Source: Lewinellaceae bacterium (GTDB taxonomy: Bacteria; Bacteroidota; Bacteroidia; Chitinophagales; Saprospiraceae). Taken from it: a DNA stretch of 64,000 nt. Within the stretch, counting starts at the first letter, position 1, and each line of letters starts with the position of its first letter. A program made the position numbers and the translations under genes. The notes under the pieces are model-generated. The model had not been told where the DNA came from. It saw nothing but the letters and a program-made list of their open reading frames with translations, and made no database searches. The DNA is taken from positions 160,487 to 224,486 of the forward strand of contig JADJWX010000028.1 in assembly GCA_016716135.1 (NCBI GenBank). Reading direction: 5' to 3'. Positions 28,221-39,700 of the stretch are shown piece after piece.

Positions 28221-29954
28221 ATGAATGGCGGCCAACAAATTGCAGAAATACTGAAAAACACAGGCATCCAGCACCTGTTCACACTTTGTGGCGGACATAT
28301 CGGTCCTGTTTATGTGGAAGCCGCCCGGGCCGGCATTCGGGTCTGGGACGTTCGCCACGAAGCAACGGCCGTGTTTGCCGCCGATGCTGTCGCCCGGCTT
28401 ACCGGCTTGCCTGGGGTTGCTGCCGTTACGGCTGGCCCTGGGGTCACCAATGCTATCACGGCAGTGAAAAACGCGCAAATGGCCCAATCGCCTTTGCTGC
28501 TGCTCGGCGGTGCCACCGCCACCCTGCTCCGAAACCGCGGAGCACTGCAAGACATCGATCAGGTTTCGCTGCTGCGTTCGGCAGTAAAATACGAAGTGCA
28601 GGCCAGTCGCCTGCGCGAACTCCCGGATTTGCTGCGCCGCACCCTTCAGACAGCCTGCATGGGCGTGCCCGGCCCGGTTTTTCTGGAGTTGCCAGTCGAT
28701 TTATTGTATCCGGAAGAAACTGTGCGCGAATGGTATGGCCGGAAAAACAAAAAAGCCGCCGGGCTCAAGGAAAAGCTCATGCATTGGTATATCAACCGGC
28801 ATGTAAACCACTTGTTTGCCGGTAGGCAACCCAATTTATCCGGGGCAAATTCGAAAACACCCGGCGATCTGCCCGATTTCTCGGCATCAACAGTGCAAGC
28901 GATCGTCCGCCAATTGCATCGTGCGCAGAAGCCAGTCATGCTGTTGGGTAGTGGCGCCCTCACCCGGCCAACTTTGGCAGCCAACCTCGCTTTGGCAGTG
29001 ACCCGCCTGGGCATACCGGTTTACCTGAGCGGCATGGCGCGCGGCCTGCTGGGCCGGGAAAGTTCCATCCAGTTTTTTCACCACCGGAAAGAGGCACTGC
29101 GCGAAGCCGATTGTATTGTGCTGGCCGGGGTGCCTGCCGATTTCCGCCTCGACTATGGGCAGGCGTTGAACCGCAAGGCAAAAAAGATCGCCATCAACCG
29201 TAGCCACCAGGACCTCCACAAAAACCTGCACCCCAACCGCGCCGTGTGCACCGATCCGGCCAGGTTTTTAATCGCTTTAGCAGATGCTGCCGGCGAGCTA
29301 CCCTCTTGGACGGAATGGAAAAATACACTGCAAAACCGGGATGCGGCGCGGGAACAAACCATTACAGAAATGGCGGGTGAAGTGCTCCCGGAAATCAACC
29401 CCCTGGCTTTGTTTCGCCATCTCGAACAGGTGTTGCCCGACAACACAGTGTTGGTGGCCGACGGGGGCGATTTTGCCGCAACAGCAGCCTATACCCTCCG
29501 CCCACGCAAACCACTGAGTTGGCTCGACCCCGGAGTATTTGGCACATTGGGGGTTGGCGGAGGCTTTGCCCTGGGTGCGGCTGCCTGCTTCCCCGATGAC
29601 TACATCTGGATAATTTATGGCGACGGCAGTGCCGCCTACAGTCTGGCCGAGTTTGAAACCTTTGCCAAAAACGGCCTGAAAATCTGCGGCATTGTGGGCA
29701 ATAACGGCTCCTGGGAACAAATCGCCCGCGACCAGGTCCACTTGCTCGGCGCCGACACTGCCGTTTCACTGCCCAGAACCGACTATCACCGTGTGGTGCA
29801 GGGTTATGGCGCTGCCGGCGAACGGGTAGACAATCTGGACGATTTTCAACAAGCCGTGGGGCGCGCCAAAATCAGCATGGACAAAGGCGTACCCTATTTG
29901 ATCAACGCAGTGATCGGTTCCACTGCATTCCGCAAAGGCAGCATTTCCATGTGA
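28221..29954 (+). CDS. Thiamine-diphosphate-dependent enzyme, ILVBL / 2-hydroxyacyl-CoA-lyase-like
   Basis: The N-terminal block is [79 protein letters not shown]. The ThDP-binding motif is [34 protein letters not shown]. The ending FRKGSISM resembles, from memory, the ILVBL family rather than true acetolactate synthase. Confidence 0.75.
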   Translation: MNGGQQIAEILKNTGIQHLFTLCGGHIGPVYVEAARAGIRVWDVRHEATAVFAADAVARLTGLPGVAAVTAGPGVTNAITAVKNAQMAQSPLLLLGGATATLLRNRGALQDIDQVSLLRSAVKYEVQASRLRELPDLLRRTLQTACMGVPGPVFLELPVDLLYPEETVREWYGRKNKKAAGLKEKLMHWYINRHVNHLFAGRQPNLSGANSKTPGDLPDFSASTVQAIVRQLHRAQKPVMLLGSGALTRPTLAANLALAVTRLGIPVYLSGMARGLLGRESSIQFFHHRKEALREADCIVLAGVPADFRLDYGQALNRKAKKIAINRSHQDLHKNLHPNRAVCTDPARFLIALADAAGELPSWTEWKNTLQNRDAAREQTITEMAGEVLPEINPLALFRHLEQVLPDNTVLVADGGDFAATAAYTLRPRKPLSWLDPGVFGTLGVGGGFALGAAACFPDDYIWIIYGDGSAAYSLAEFETFAKNGLKICGIVGNNGSWEQIARDQVHLLGADTAVSLPRTDYHRVVQGYGAAGERVDNLDDFQQAVGRAKISMDKGVPYLINAVIGSTAFRKGSISM

Positions 29955-29978
29955 TCCGTTCACTAAAAAACACTTCCT

Positions 29979-31712
29979 ATGAACCTGCTAGAACGTATTC
30001 GACTTATACTCCATATGCTGCGCTGGCGCTTCAGCTGGTCAAAAAAAGACCTGGATTACCTGCCGGCAGCGCCGGTTTCTTCCAAATTTATCACCGCCCG
30101 CAAAGCAGCCGAGCTGATTCCCGAAGGCAGCACCGTTTTCTCCAACGGTCTGGCAGGCAACGCCCGGTGCTCGGTGTTTTTTTGGGCAATTCGAGAACAT
30201 TTTAAAAAAACAGGCGCGCCAAAAAATCTGACCTGGGTCAATGTCGGCGCACAGGGCGGCCGGGGAAAAGTCCCGGGTACCATCGAAGAACTGGGCTTGC
30301 CGGGGTTGATGCTCCGTTACATTGCCGGGCACCTGGAAACCTGCAAGGCACAACTCCAACTGGCGGAAAGCCGGCAACTGGAATTGCACACAATACCGCA
30401 GGGCGTGATGACTTTGCTGCTGGACAGCCAAACGCATGGTCAGAATCATTTGCGAAGCCAGGTTGGTGTGAATACGTTTTTAGACCCGCGCACAGGCAAG
30501 GGGACCGCCCTTTCCGCCAATGCCCGCTCGCAATACGTAGCCGTTGACGCCGACGAAAAAGCGCTGTTGTATTTTTTGCCAAAAATCAAGATCGCACTGA
30601 TTAACGCCCCTTACGCCGATGCCGAAGGCAATATTTATTTTAAAAATGCCGCCACCTGGACGGAGAACATCCCGTCGGCACAGGCTGCGCATGCCAATGG
30701 CGGGAAGGTGTTCGTCACTGTGAGCGGCATTATTCCAAAATCGGAATCGGAAATAAACATGCCTGCATCCGACGTGGACTACATCGTAGTGCATCCTTAC
30801 AACGAACAAACGGCCTCCATCCGGCAAAGGCGCTACTGGCCAATGTTTTGTCCCGGGGCAACAACCGACCTGCGTAAGGCTGCGCAGCAATTGCGGTTTA
30901 TCAATAATTTTTTAAAAATAACGCCGGTGCGCGGCGCGGTTGAATTTGCGCTTGCGCGGCTTGGCGCCCGGGTGTTTGCCGATGCGGTAAACCAGGGGGC
31001 TATGGTAAACATCGGCGTAGGTTTTCCGGAGGAAGTAGCCCGGCAATTGATCGAGCAGGGCTTGTCCGATCAGCTGTTGTTCACCACGGAGGCCGGCGCC
31101 TACGGCGGCTTGCCGGCGCCCGGTATTTTTTTTAGCGCAGCCATTGGGCCCCACCACCTGGAATCATCCCTCGATATGTTCCGTCGATACCAGTACACCC
31201 TCGATGTGGCGGTGCTTGGTTTTTTACAGGTCGACAGCGCCGGCAATGTGAACGCCTCCCACCGGGGCGAACGGCTGACGGATATCGTTGGGCCAGGTGG
31301 CTTCCCCGACATTGCCGCCGGCGCCAAAACGATTATTTTCATTGGCACCTGGATGGCTCATGCGCGATTTGAACTGCACGATTCCGGGCTGCGAATTGCA
31401 CGACCCGGGCCGTATAAATTTGTGAAACAAGTCAGCCACGTCACGTTTAGCGCCCGCGAGGCTCTGCGCATGGGCAAGTCGGTGTTCTACGTGACCAACG
31501 TCGGCGTGTTTGCCCTCACGCCCAAAGGCCTCGAACTCCGGCAGGTTATGCCGGGCATCAATATCGAACGGGATATCCTGCAAGCTTGCCCCGCTACCAT
31601 CCATCTGCCGGAAAACGGACAGGTCCAGATTGTAGAAAATTCCGTGTTGAACGGCAAGGAGTTTGCGCTGCAACTGAAAAAAACGGCTCCGAAAAAAATG
31701 ATGCCTGCCTGA
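29979..31712 (+). CDS. Family I-like CoA-transferase (fused alpha/beta, YdiF-type)
   Basis: 577 aa. A candidate catalytic Glu lies in LLFTTEAGAYGGLP, and the two-lobed length is typical of acyl-CoA:acetate/3-ketoacid CoA-transferases. The start is 25 nt after the ThDP enzyme's stop. Confidence 0.65.
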   Translation: MNLLERIRLILHMLRWRFSWSKKDLDYLPAAPVSSKFITARKAAELIPEGSTVFSNGLAGNARCSVFFWAIREHFKKTGAPKNLTWVNVGAQGGRGKVPGTIEELGLPGLMLRYIAGHLETCKAQLQLAESRQLELHTIPQGVMTLLLDSQTHGQNHLRSQVGVNTFLDPRTGKGTALSANARSQYVAVDADEKALLYFLPKIKIALINAPYADAEGNIYFKNAATWTENIPSAQAAHANGGKVFVTVSGIIPKSESEINMPASDVDYIVVHPYNEQTASIRQRRYWPMFCPGATTDLRKAAQQLRFINNFLKITPVRGAVEFALARLGARVFADAVNQGAMVNIGVGFPEEVARQLIEQGLSDQLLFTTEAGAYGGLPAPGIFFSAAIGPHHLESSLDMFRRYQYTLDVAVLGFLQVDSAGNVNASHRGERLTDIVGPGGFPDIAAGAKTIIFIGTWMAHARFELHDSGLRIARPGPYKFVKQVSHVTFSAREALRMGKSVFYVTNVGVFALTPKGLELRQVMPGINIERDILQACPATIHLPENGQVQIVENSVLNGKEFALQLKKTAPKKMMPA

Positions 31713-31821
31713 GCCGCCTGTCTGCAATTGCTTCAAATGGAAGTTCGTACCATTGTGCACAGGCTTTTTGTGAAACAACTGATGAGCCCGCTTTTGATGC
31801 GAATCAGATTTAGGCATATTC

Positions 31822-32827
31822 ATGGCAAAAATATTCATCACAGGGGCAACCGGTTACATCGGGGCCCGGCTGAGTCTTAAACTGGCGGGGCAGGGCCGGC
31901 AGGTGCGCGCTCTGGTACGCAACCCGGAAAAGATGAAATACATTCAACACCCCAATATTTCCGGTATTGAAGTTGCGCTGCACAACGTGGAATTGCTGCA
32001 ACAGGCCATGACGGGCTGTTCGGAAGTGTATCATATCGCGGCGTTGGCGGGCGTGTGGCATCCCGATCCGCAGGCTTTTCATAAAATCAATGTCCAAGGC
32101 AGTTTGAATATCCTGGAAGCAGCTCGCCGCGCCGGGATTCGCCGGGTGGTGCTTACCTCCACCGCCGGTGTCATGGGCCCCACGCCGGACGGCAGCCCAG
32201 TTCAGGAACATACCAATACCAACCCCGACCTGACGACGGCCTACGAACGTTCCAAACTGGAAGCCGAGCAAAAAACCCTGGAATTCGCCGACCGGCACGG
32301 CCTTGAGCTGATTATCGTAAATCCAAGCCGGGTGTACGGCCCCGGCCAATGGAGCGAAAGCAACGGGGTGACTAAAATGATCCGTGGCTATGCAGCCGGC
32401 AGGCTGGCGCCTGATCCCCGGCAACGGGTACAGCACCGGCAATTACGTTTTTATCGACGACGTGCTGAACGGCCACGTCCTGGCCATGGAAAAAGGTCAC
32501 CCGGGCGAGCGCTACATCCTCGGAGGCGAGAATGCCAGTTACCTTGAATTTTTTGAAAAATTGGCCCAACTGACCGGGCGCCGGCATACCATGATCCGCC
32601 TGCCGTTGGAAGCCATGCTGGCGTTTGCACATGCCCAGCAGTTTCTGGCCGACAGGTTTGGCCGCAGGCCGATGATCACGCCGCCTTTTGTGCGCAAGTT
32701 TGTACGGCACTGGCCGTTGAGTAGTGAAAAAGCGGAGCATGAACTGGGCTATACCGTTACCGGCCTGGAGGAGGGTATCCGACGGACACTGAACTGGTTG
32801 AACGAGGAACGGGAAAACCAGATTTAA
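31822..32827 (+). CDS. NAD(P)-dependent extended SDR (epimerase/dehydratase or cinnamoyl-CoA-reductase-like), with an apparent 1-nt frameshift near 32406-32407
   Basis: It contains MAKIFITGATGYIGARL (GxxGxxG) and YERSKLEAE (YxxxK). After the frame change it continues RLIPGNGYSTGNYVFIDDVLNGHVLAMEKGHPGERYILGG. Confidence 0.8.
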
Positions 32828-32842
32828 ACGGCAAAATGACGA

Positions 32843-35197
32843 TCACCCGCCATTCAAAATAACAATCTTGGCAATAGCCGCATCGGGGTTTTCAAACAGT
32901 TCCGAGCTCGTGGCAAAAATCAGGTAAACCCCGCTGGCTGCACGGCGGCCGAGGTAATCGCGGCCGTCCCAAACGGCCTGACCACCGAAGGCCTTGCCTT
33001 CATAAACAAGATTGCCGGCCACATCCGTAACCTTTACATTGGCATCGTTGGCCAGCCCGTAAATGGCGATGGGGCCATCGTAATCGGGTCGCACGGGATT
33101 GGGATAGGCATAGGGCTTGGGCGAGTTGATCTTGGTGCCCTTCGTGGCTTCGGCCCGATAGGAGATGAGGCCCTTCACCGTACCGATCCAGACTTCACCG
33201 GTGGTATGGTCGATGGCGATATCGGTAATTGTGTTGTCGAAAAGCGGGCTGTTGGTGCTGGTAAAATGTTCTTCCTGTACCTCGCCACTTGGCGACTGAA
33301 CAAACACGCCGGTAGAGGTGCCGAACCACTTGCGGTTGGCGCCATCCACAGCGATTGTCCGTATTTCTTCGTTTTCAAAAAGGTAGCCGTTAAAACCGTC
33401 CACATTTACGATCCGGCGCGAGCCCTTGCAATTCACGTCAAAAGCATTGCTTCCGCATTCGAAACTGACCGTACCCTGCTGGGTACCCACCCACACATCG
33501 CCGTCGAGGTCAACTTCCACGCAATACACGGTATTGGAAGGCAGCACACTGTTAGCTGTGGTAAATACCCGGTAGCGGTCGTCGGCCGGGCTGTCGATAT
33601 CGCTGCCACTGTCGTACACCATGACCCCGCCGTTGAAGCCAACGGCAAACCATTTGTAGCCGTTCCGGTCTATCGCTACCTGAAGGAGGTTGTTCTCCGG
33701 GGAAGCGGAGAAATTACGCAGTGTGCCGTCCGCTTTCAGCACGGCAATTGGCGCTGCGGCGTCGTAGTTGCATATCCACAGGTTGCCGGCATCGTCGAAA
33801 GCCATGCCGCCGATAGCGGTCCGGTTTGCCCCGGAAATGCCGGCGTTTTGCAAAATAGAATTGTACTGGGTATAGCATTTCGTTTGGGCGCCGCCCGAAG
33901 TCACTTCCACCAGGCCACCGGTAAAGCTGCCCACATAAAATTTATCTTCGAAAGGGTGCGGCGCCACACGCCAGAGGTCTTTATCGCAATCGCCGTTTTT
34001 CAATTCGGGATTGGTTTCGCCGTAAAACCTGCTCCATAGCTTGTCCGGATTATAAATGTATAATCCGGCACGGTTGTAGGTCGCGGCCAGGTTTACATCA
34101 AAACCGGGTGTAGTTACGTAAACCGTTCCATTGACCACCGCAATTTCGGAGCTTTGATGGGTATGCGGGGAGTTGAAGCGGAAGCGGTCACAAATGCCGG
34201 TATTGTCGTCGAAAAAACGGAAATCGTCGTTTGCATCGGCCATCCAAAACAGACGGGAGCCTTCCTCCACGGCGTACAGCGGCACCAGCGATTCGCAGGG
34301 GCCGCTGACATCGTAGGGCTGCGACGAACCGGGCGCCAGGTATTGTACCCGGCCGTTAAAATCTTTGCGCCAGCCGATGACCAGTCCCGTGCTTTCGGCA
34401 CTTAAAAAGGTAACTTCCTGCACAGGTTGCGTCCCCAGGGTATCAAGCACCGCGCCGTCGTAGCGGCAAAGCGCATGCTCCAGACCAATAAACAGCCTGT
34501 TTTCGTAAGCTTGCAAGGCGTTTGCCGTGCGCCCCTGCGGGAGCCCGTCCGGCAAACCCAGCAGGCGCCAACGGCTGAAGTCGGCCGGGTTGATATCGTC
34601 GGCAGGCAGGCGGTACAAGCCCTCCTCGGTGCCGGCGTACAGGTTGTTTTGAAAAACTGCGATGGAGCGGATGGGCAAACCCGTAAACACCGTGTATTCC
34701 ACTTCTGCCGCTTCGAGGTTGATTTTTAAAATTCCGAAACCACAGGCGAGGTAGGCGTTTTCCCCTTCAAAAGCAACATCATAAATCTGCTTGTCGCCGC
34801 TGATGTTCACATTTTTTTGAATAAACGGCATGTTCACCACGGAACCATCAGCGGCATTCCACAGGTCCAGGTTACTGTTGGCATAGCTGATCAGCAAGAC
34901 GTTGGCGTCCTGGTTAAACCGGATAAAATTTATGCCTACGTCGCTCAGCCCTTCCACTTTGGTGAGAAAACGCGGTGAACGGTCGGCTTTATCCAGTTCA
35001 ACAAGCGCCCATTCGGTGGCATAGTAAACTTTAGTGCTGCTTTGCGAAACGGAAACGGCCCGTTGCCAGGGCAGGTGTTGCCGCCACTCGCCGATGCTGA
35101 TAGACGGGAAGTTGGTGTTTTGCGCAGCGATAAAATTGCTAAAAAAAACAGCGCACAGTGCAAGCAATGAAACAGTGGAGCGTATCCGGATGTACAT
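32843..35197 (-). CDS. T9SS-secreted beta-propeller repeat protein (two-component-regulator-propeller-like) with a C-terminal sorting domain
   Basis: The signal peptide from the ATG at 35197 is MYIRIRSTVSLLALCAVFFSNFIAAQ. Repeated W/G-rich propeller blades follow. The C-terminus is VTDVAGNLVYEGKAFGGQAVWDGRDYLGRRAASGVYLIFATSS...KIVILNGG. Confidence 0.7.
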   Translation of the reverse strand: MYIRIRSTVSLLALCAVFFSNFIAAQNTNFPSISIGEWRQHLPWQRAVSVSQSSTKVYYATEWALVELDKADRSPRFLTKVEGLSDVGINFIRFNQDANVLLISYANSNLDLWNAADGSVVNMPFIQKNVNISGDKQIYDVAFEGENAYLACGFGILKINLEAAEVEYTVFTGLPIRSIAVFQNNLYAGTEEGLYRLPADDINPADFSRWRLLGLPDGLPQGRTANALQAYENRLFIGLEHALCRYDGAVLDTLGTQPVQEVTFLSAESTGLVIGWRKDFNGRVQYLAPGSSQPYDVSGPCESLVPLYAVEEGSRLFWMADANDDFRFFDDNTGICDRFRFNSPHTHQSSEIAVVNGTVYVTTPGFDVNLAATYNRAGLYIYNPDKLWSRFYGETNPELKNGDCDKDLWRVAPHPFEDKFYVGSFTGGLVEVTSGGAQTKCYTQYNSILQNAGISGANRTAIGGMAFDDAGNLWICNYDAAAPIAVLKADGTLRNFSASPENNLLQVAIDRNGYKWFAVGFNGGVMVYDSGSDIDSPADDRYRVFTTANSVLPSNTVYCVEVDLDGDVWVGTQQGTVSFECGSNAFDVNCKGSRRIVNVDGFNGYLFENEEIRTIAVDGANRKWFGTSTGVFVQSPSGEVQEEHFTSTNSPLFDNTITDIAIDHTTGEVWIGTVKGLISYRAEATKGTKINSPKPYAYPNPVRPDYDGPIAIYGLANDANVKVTDVAGNLVYEGKAFGGQAVWDGRDYLGRRAASGVYLIFATSSELFENPDAAIAKIVILNGG

Positions 35198-35286
35198 GTG
35201 AAACGTCTTGAAGTGGTCAATCGTAACTGGGTGTAATGGTGCGCTATACCCGAAATGGGTTGCCCGGTGCAATGCCCGAATTAGCA

Positions 35287-35865
35287 CTAGCTGCGGTACA
35301 GGCTGCTTCCTTGCAGGTATTCAAACACGGCGTCGGGCACCAGGTAGCGGACGGATTTGCCCCTGCGCAAACATTCGCGGATGTAGGTGGCCGAAATGTC
35401 GAGCATCGGCGCCTCGCACAGGTGAATGCGCGGGTGAGAGGCCCAATCGCCCAATTCGGTTGCCGGGCGCTTGTACACGTAAATGTCGTAATTGGCCACC
35501 AACAACTCGTAACTTTTCCAGAGGTGCAGCGTGGCCAGGTTGTCGCCGCCCATGATGAGAGCGAACTCGCGCTCCGGGTATTTTTCCTTCAGGTGCGTAA
35601 GCGTGTCGATGGTAAAGGAGGGTTTGGGCAGGTTGAACTCGATGTTGGACGCTTCGAGGAGCGGATTGTCGCCAATGCCCAGGCGCACGAGGTGCAGGCG
35701 GTCATAGTCGCGGGCGAGCGTTTTTTTTTCTTTCAACGGATTTTGCGGGCTTACCACCAGCCAGACTTTGTCGAGATCGGTTTGGGAGGCCATATAATTA
35801 GCGATGATCAAATGGCCGATGTGGACCGGATTGAACGAGCCGAAGAATAAGCCGATTTTTGACAT
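35287..35865 (-). CDS. nadD: Nicotinate-nucleotide adenylyltransferase
   Basis: The motifs GLFFGSFNPVHIGHL and ISATYIRE are present in a 192 aa protein. Confidence 0.9.
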   Translation of the reverse strand: MSKIGLFFGSFNPVHIGHLIIANYMASQTDLDKVWLVVSPQNPLKEKKTLARDYDRLHLVRLGIGDNPLLEASNIEFNLPKPSFTIDTLTHLKEKYPEREFALIMGGDNLATLHLWKSYELLVANYDIYVYKRPATELGDWASHPRIHLCEAPMLDISATYIRECLRRGKSVRYLVPDAVFEYLQGSSLYRS

Positions 35866-35884
35866 GGGATGGGACTTGAGTGCA

Positions 35885-36259
35885 TCAACCCTTTTTAATA
35901 TTCCGGTCTTCCTCGCTGACGCGGTTCAGCAATTCGTCTACGCGGTACATTTCGTCGAGGGTATCGTCCAGGAAAAACTCGAGGTGGGGTACGCGGCGCA
36001 TGTGCTTGCCGATTTTGGCGCCCAGGGCCTGGCGCAACCGGGGATAGTTTTCTTCCAGTTCGAGAATAACCTCCTGTTTGTTTTCGGTACCGTACACGCT
36101 GATGTACACTTTGGCGATCAGCAGATCGGGTGATATTTTGACCTGAGTGACTGTCACGAGTTTGTCGCGGCCATAAATAAAGCCGCCCTCTTCGGTCAGG
36201 ATCATGCTGAAATGGCGACGCAGTTGCTCGGCGACTTGTTTTTGGCGTTTGGTTTCCAT
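35885..36259 (-). CDS. rbfA: Ribosome-binding factor A
   Basis: METKRQKQVAEQLRRHFSMIL...VTVTQVKISPDLLIAKVYISV fits the RbfA pattern in a 124 aa protein. Confidence 0.85.
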   Translation of the reverse strand: METKRQKQVAEQLRRHFSMILTEEGGFIYGRDKLVTVTQVKISPDLLIAKVYISVYGTENKQEVILELEENYPRLRQALGAKIGKHMRRVPHLEFFLDDTLDEMYRVDELLNRVSEEDRNIKKG

Positions 36260-36500
36260 AACGTTCGATTAAATCCGTCTAATGAATATTTTCTTACGTG
36301 CAAAGGTAGGGTAAAACCCAGGCGGCCCCGCAAATATTGTCTGTGAAATCCGGAGGCGTGCAGGAGAAACAACGTACTGTTCGGTTAAGTTTCCGCCGGA
36401 GGCGAAACATTTTTGGTTTTTTCCGCGTTTGTACGGGTGTATTCCAAATAATTGTTGGAAATATTTGACAATGCGGTTGGATTTTAAGGATTGAGGCACT

Positions 36501-36508
36501 TATCTTTG
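36501..36508 (+). promoter_or_regulatory. Bacteroidota -7 promoter box (TATCTTTG) for tRNA-Lys
   Basis: It matches TAnnTTTG and ends 24 nt upstream of the tRNA 5' end. A TTG lies about 20 nt further upstream. Confidence 0.5.
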
Positions 36509-36532
36509 CACCCGCTTTTTTAGCGCCTGAAA

Positions 36533-36605
36533 GATCCCGTAGCTCAGCTGGCAGAGCACTTGACTTTTAATCAAGGTGTCATGGGTTCGAATCCCATCGG
36601 GATCA
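36533..36605 (+). tRNA. tRNA-Lys (anticodon UUU)
   Basis: GATCCCGTAGCTCAGCTGGCAGAGCACTTGACTTTTAATCAAGGTGTCATGGGTTCGAATCCCATCGGGATCA has acceptor GATCCCG/CGGGATC and an anticodon loop CTTTTAA. Confidence 0.9.
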
Positions 36606-36610
36606 CATTG

Positions 36611-36646
36611 AAAAGCCCCCGGCAGTTTTGCCGGGGGGCTTTTTTA
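36611..36646. terminator. Bidirectional intrinsic terminator between tRNA-Lys and the convergent dehydrogenase gene
   Basis: aaaaGCCCCCGGCAgtttTGCCGGGGGGCtttttt has a GC-rich 10-bp stem. It is flanked by an A-run and a T-run. Confidence 0.8.
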
Positions 36647-36730
36647 TGATCCATACCATTTCGCAGAACACTATATTTGGCAACAACCAAAATATCCAGC
36701 CGCTGCACGCATTGTAACCTTTTACAAATT

Positions 36731-39700
36731 TTACAAATTAAACCGCACCCAATCGACTACAGCCACTCGTTTCGATGGGTTATTTTCATTTTTAAAAACA
36801 AAATAAAAATCGTGAAACGACCGGTCGGCAGGCCAGGCTGATTGGGCCAGCGGCAGGCTGATTTGTTCGAATTGCATCACGTTTTCAGCATTTACCGCCC
36901 GAACCGGCGCCGAGCCCACCAGCAGCCCGTCGGGGCTGTCGAGGCGCAGTTCCACCCTGCCGCCATCAATTTTCTGAGGCCCCAAACCCGAACCCAAACC
37001 GATAGCCACGGAATACACGCCCCGCAAATCACAGCGCTTGAACATAAAAAAACTGTTGTGCCGGAGTTCGTGCAGCACTACCGTGTCACCATTAAACGGC
37101 CGAAAGCTGCGCACTTCAGCGGCCATGCTATCGGCCTGTTCGGCCTGCTGAAATGCCGGGCGCAACACCAACGTTTCTCCGGCACTGAGCGCGCTTTGCC
37201 AGGGGCTGCCCCGGTCCTGGTAACTGGCCTGGAGCACAAAGTTTCCCGGCGCTGTTTTTTTTGTTTGGGAACCCGGCTTGGGCACGTTCAAAACATACGT
37301 TCCGCGCAACGGAAACGAAGCTACCGGCTTGGGCGGTGCAGCAAGCGAGAGTATCCAGCGGATCATTTCGCCGACGTCGCTGACGCTGAGCTGCGGGTGG
37401 GCACTCATGGCAGTTTGTCCCCAATTGCCGGCGCCGCCCTTTATGACTTTCAGCGACAGGTCCCGCACGGCAAAGTCATTTTTCCGGTAACGCTGGGCAA
37501 TGGCCTGGTAAGCCGGACCATTCACCTGCCGGTCGACAGCATGGCAACTGTTGCAATCGGAGGCTTCGATCAAAATCCTACCGCGCGCATATTCCGCCTG
37601 TTGGCGGCCAGCCAGGTGGCCCTGCGCAATTTGTGTGATGTCGAACCCGGTTTCGAGGTAATCGATGGTGGCGGTCACCGTTTGCGCATCAATGTCACCG
37701 CGCTCCAGTGAGCCATCTTCCCGGTCGACTACCCGGAGTTCGTAGCGCAACGTGGTGCCAGGCTCGTAAAAACTGCGGTTTTTTCCATGAAAATCCCAAA
37801 AGACGCGCGGCGGGTCGTTGCCCACCAGTATGGTTTGACGGGCCAGCGCTGTGGCTCCCTGGGCGTCCGTCACTTTCAATACGACCTCGTAGGCGCCGGC
37901 TTTTTCGAAGGTATGAGCAATACTGTCGGTCAGACTGGTCCTGCGCCCCAGGGCAATCTCCGGATTTGTGGCAGCCAGTACTTTTTTGTTGGTCGCAATT
38001 TTTTGCACCGGGCTGCCGTCGCCAAAATTAATTTCATAAAACAACCGGTGGTGCTCCGGGTCTTTTGTGCCTGCTGTTGAAAACACCACGCCAAGCGGCG
38101 CGGCGCCCGCCGTTTTATCCGCCAGCAACACCGGATTGGGGGGACGGTTGCCGCGCACATAATCAATGCGGCTCAGGCGTGCATCGGGGTTGGAAGAAAA
38201 CCATTGCTTACCGTACTCCAGCACCCACAAGGCGCCTCCGTTGTCGACCAACATGTCTATCGGGCGTGAAAGCCGGATGTGCCGGGCCAGCGGTTCCATG
38301 CGGCTGAAATTGCCGAGTGAGTCGAGGGTTACCGCCTGCATCCACCCGCGCATCCAGTCGTACATGATCAATTTCCCATCGTAATGCCGGGGGAACCGCG
38401 TTGCACCGGCATACCGGTCGCAGTAATACACCGGGCCGGCCATGGCATTGCGCGCGCCATTCCCAACCAAGGGAAAAGTTTCCGAATTGCCGTAGGGGTA
38501 CCAGACCATAGCAGGCTGGGCGGCCGGCAAATTTCGGGTGCCGGTATTGTTCGCAGAATTATTCACAGGCTGCCGGGCATCGAACGAAGCGCCGGATTCT
38601 CCCGTGCTGAAATCGTAATCGCGGTAGGCCTGGTTATCGCCGACAAAATACGGCCAGCCGAAAAAACCCGACGAGCGGCTGCGGTTCACCTCGTCGAAGC
38701 CGGCCGGGCCGCGCAGGCTGTCGGGTTCGCCGGCGTCGGGGCCAACCTCGCCCCAAAACAGCAGGCCGCGCCGGTGATCGAGCGACATCCGGAACGGATT
38801 TCGGCAACCCATGATGTAAATTTCCGGAGCAACAGGCCCCTTCCCCGGCCAATTGGTTGTGCTTAAGTTGCCCGGCGGACAGCCGTAAGAACCATCGGGC
38901 AGTGGTCGGATACGCAGTATTTTACCGCGTAGGTCCGTGGCATTGCCCGCCGAGCGTTGGGCATCCCAGGCACTACGGCCGTGCCGTTCATCGATGGGCG
39001 TAAACCCGTTTGAGTTGAAGGGGTTTGTGTTGTCGCCGGTGGAGAGGTAGAGGTTCCCTTCGGCATCAAATTCGATGCAGCCCGCAGCGTGGCAACACTC
39101 GTCGCGCTGAACCGGTACTTCGAGCAGCACCTGTTCGGAGGCCCGGTCGAGCGTGTCGGCCACAAAGCGAAAACGCGCCAGCCGGTTGCGCGGTTGGTCA
39201 TCCGGCGGCGAATAGTACAGGTAGATCCAGTGATTATCGGCCCAGTTGGGGTCGAGGGCAAGGCCGAGCAGCCCGTCTTCGTGCCCGTCAAAAACAGGCA
39301 ATTTGTAGGCGATCGTCACGAGGCCGGTGTTGGGGTTGAATATTTTGATGGCGCCGCGGCGTTCGATCAACAGGATTTTCCCGTCGGGGAACATGTCGAA
39401 TTCCATGGGCTCGTTCAGGTTTCGGCCAACACAGTTTTGATAAAACGGGACTGATCGGGCAGTTCCGGCGTGCGGCACAGATCATACCGCAGGCGGCGGT
39501 TGGCGCCGATGGCGTATTTCAGTCCGCCGAGGATATGTTTCAAAAAATCCGGCTCGCCGAACGACGCCTCCGTATGACCCAGCGCCGTGTAAAACGCCCG
39601 GCCGCCGTCGAAATCGTGGTACCAGGAAAGCGGATGGTTGGCCCCCATGGTGCCGCCCTGGTAGCTGGTTTCATCTGCATTGAGCAGCACGGTGACTGCC

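Noticed and set aside
28136-28825. 229-aa Arg/Pro-rich + strand ORF
   Set aside because: It is an out-of-frame overlap with the strongly supported ThDP enzyme gene, and its low-complexity composition marks it as spurious.
28221-31712. Oxalate degradation pair (oxalyl-CoA decarboxylase plus formyl-CoA transferase)
   Set aside because: The CoA-transferase is a ~577-aa fused family-I-type enzyme, not a family-III Frc. The ThDP enzyme's conserved blocks look ILVBL-like rather than Oxc-like. I have kept it as a broader HACL-type hypothesis instead.
36269-36499. 76-aa - strand ORF upstream of tRNA-Lys
   Set aside because: It sits in the rbfA/tRNA-Lys promoter spacer, has no motifs and has atypical composition.
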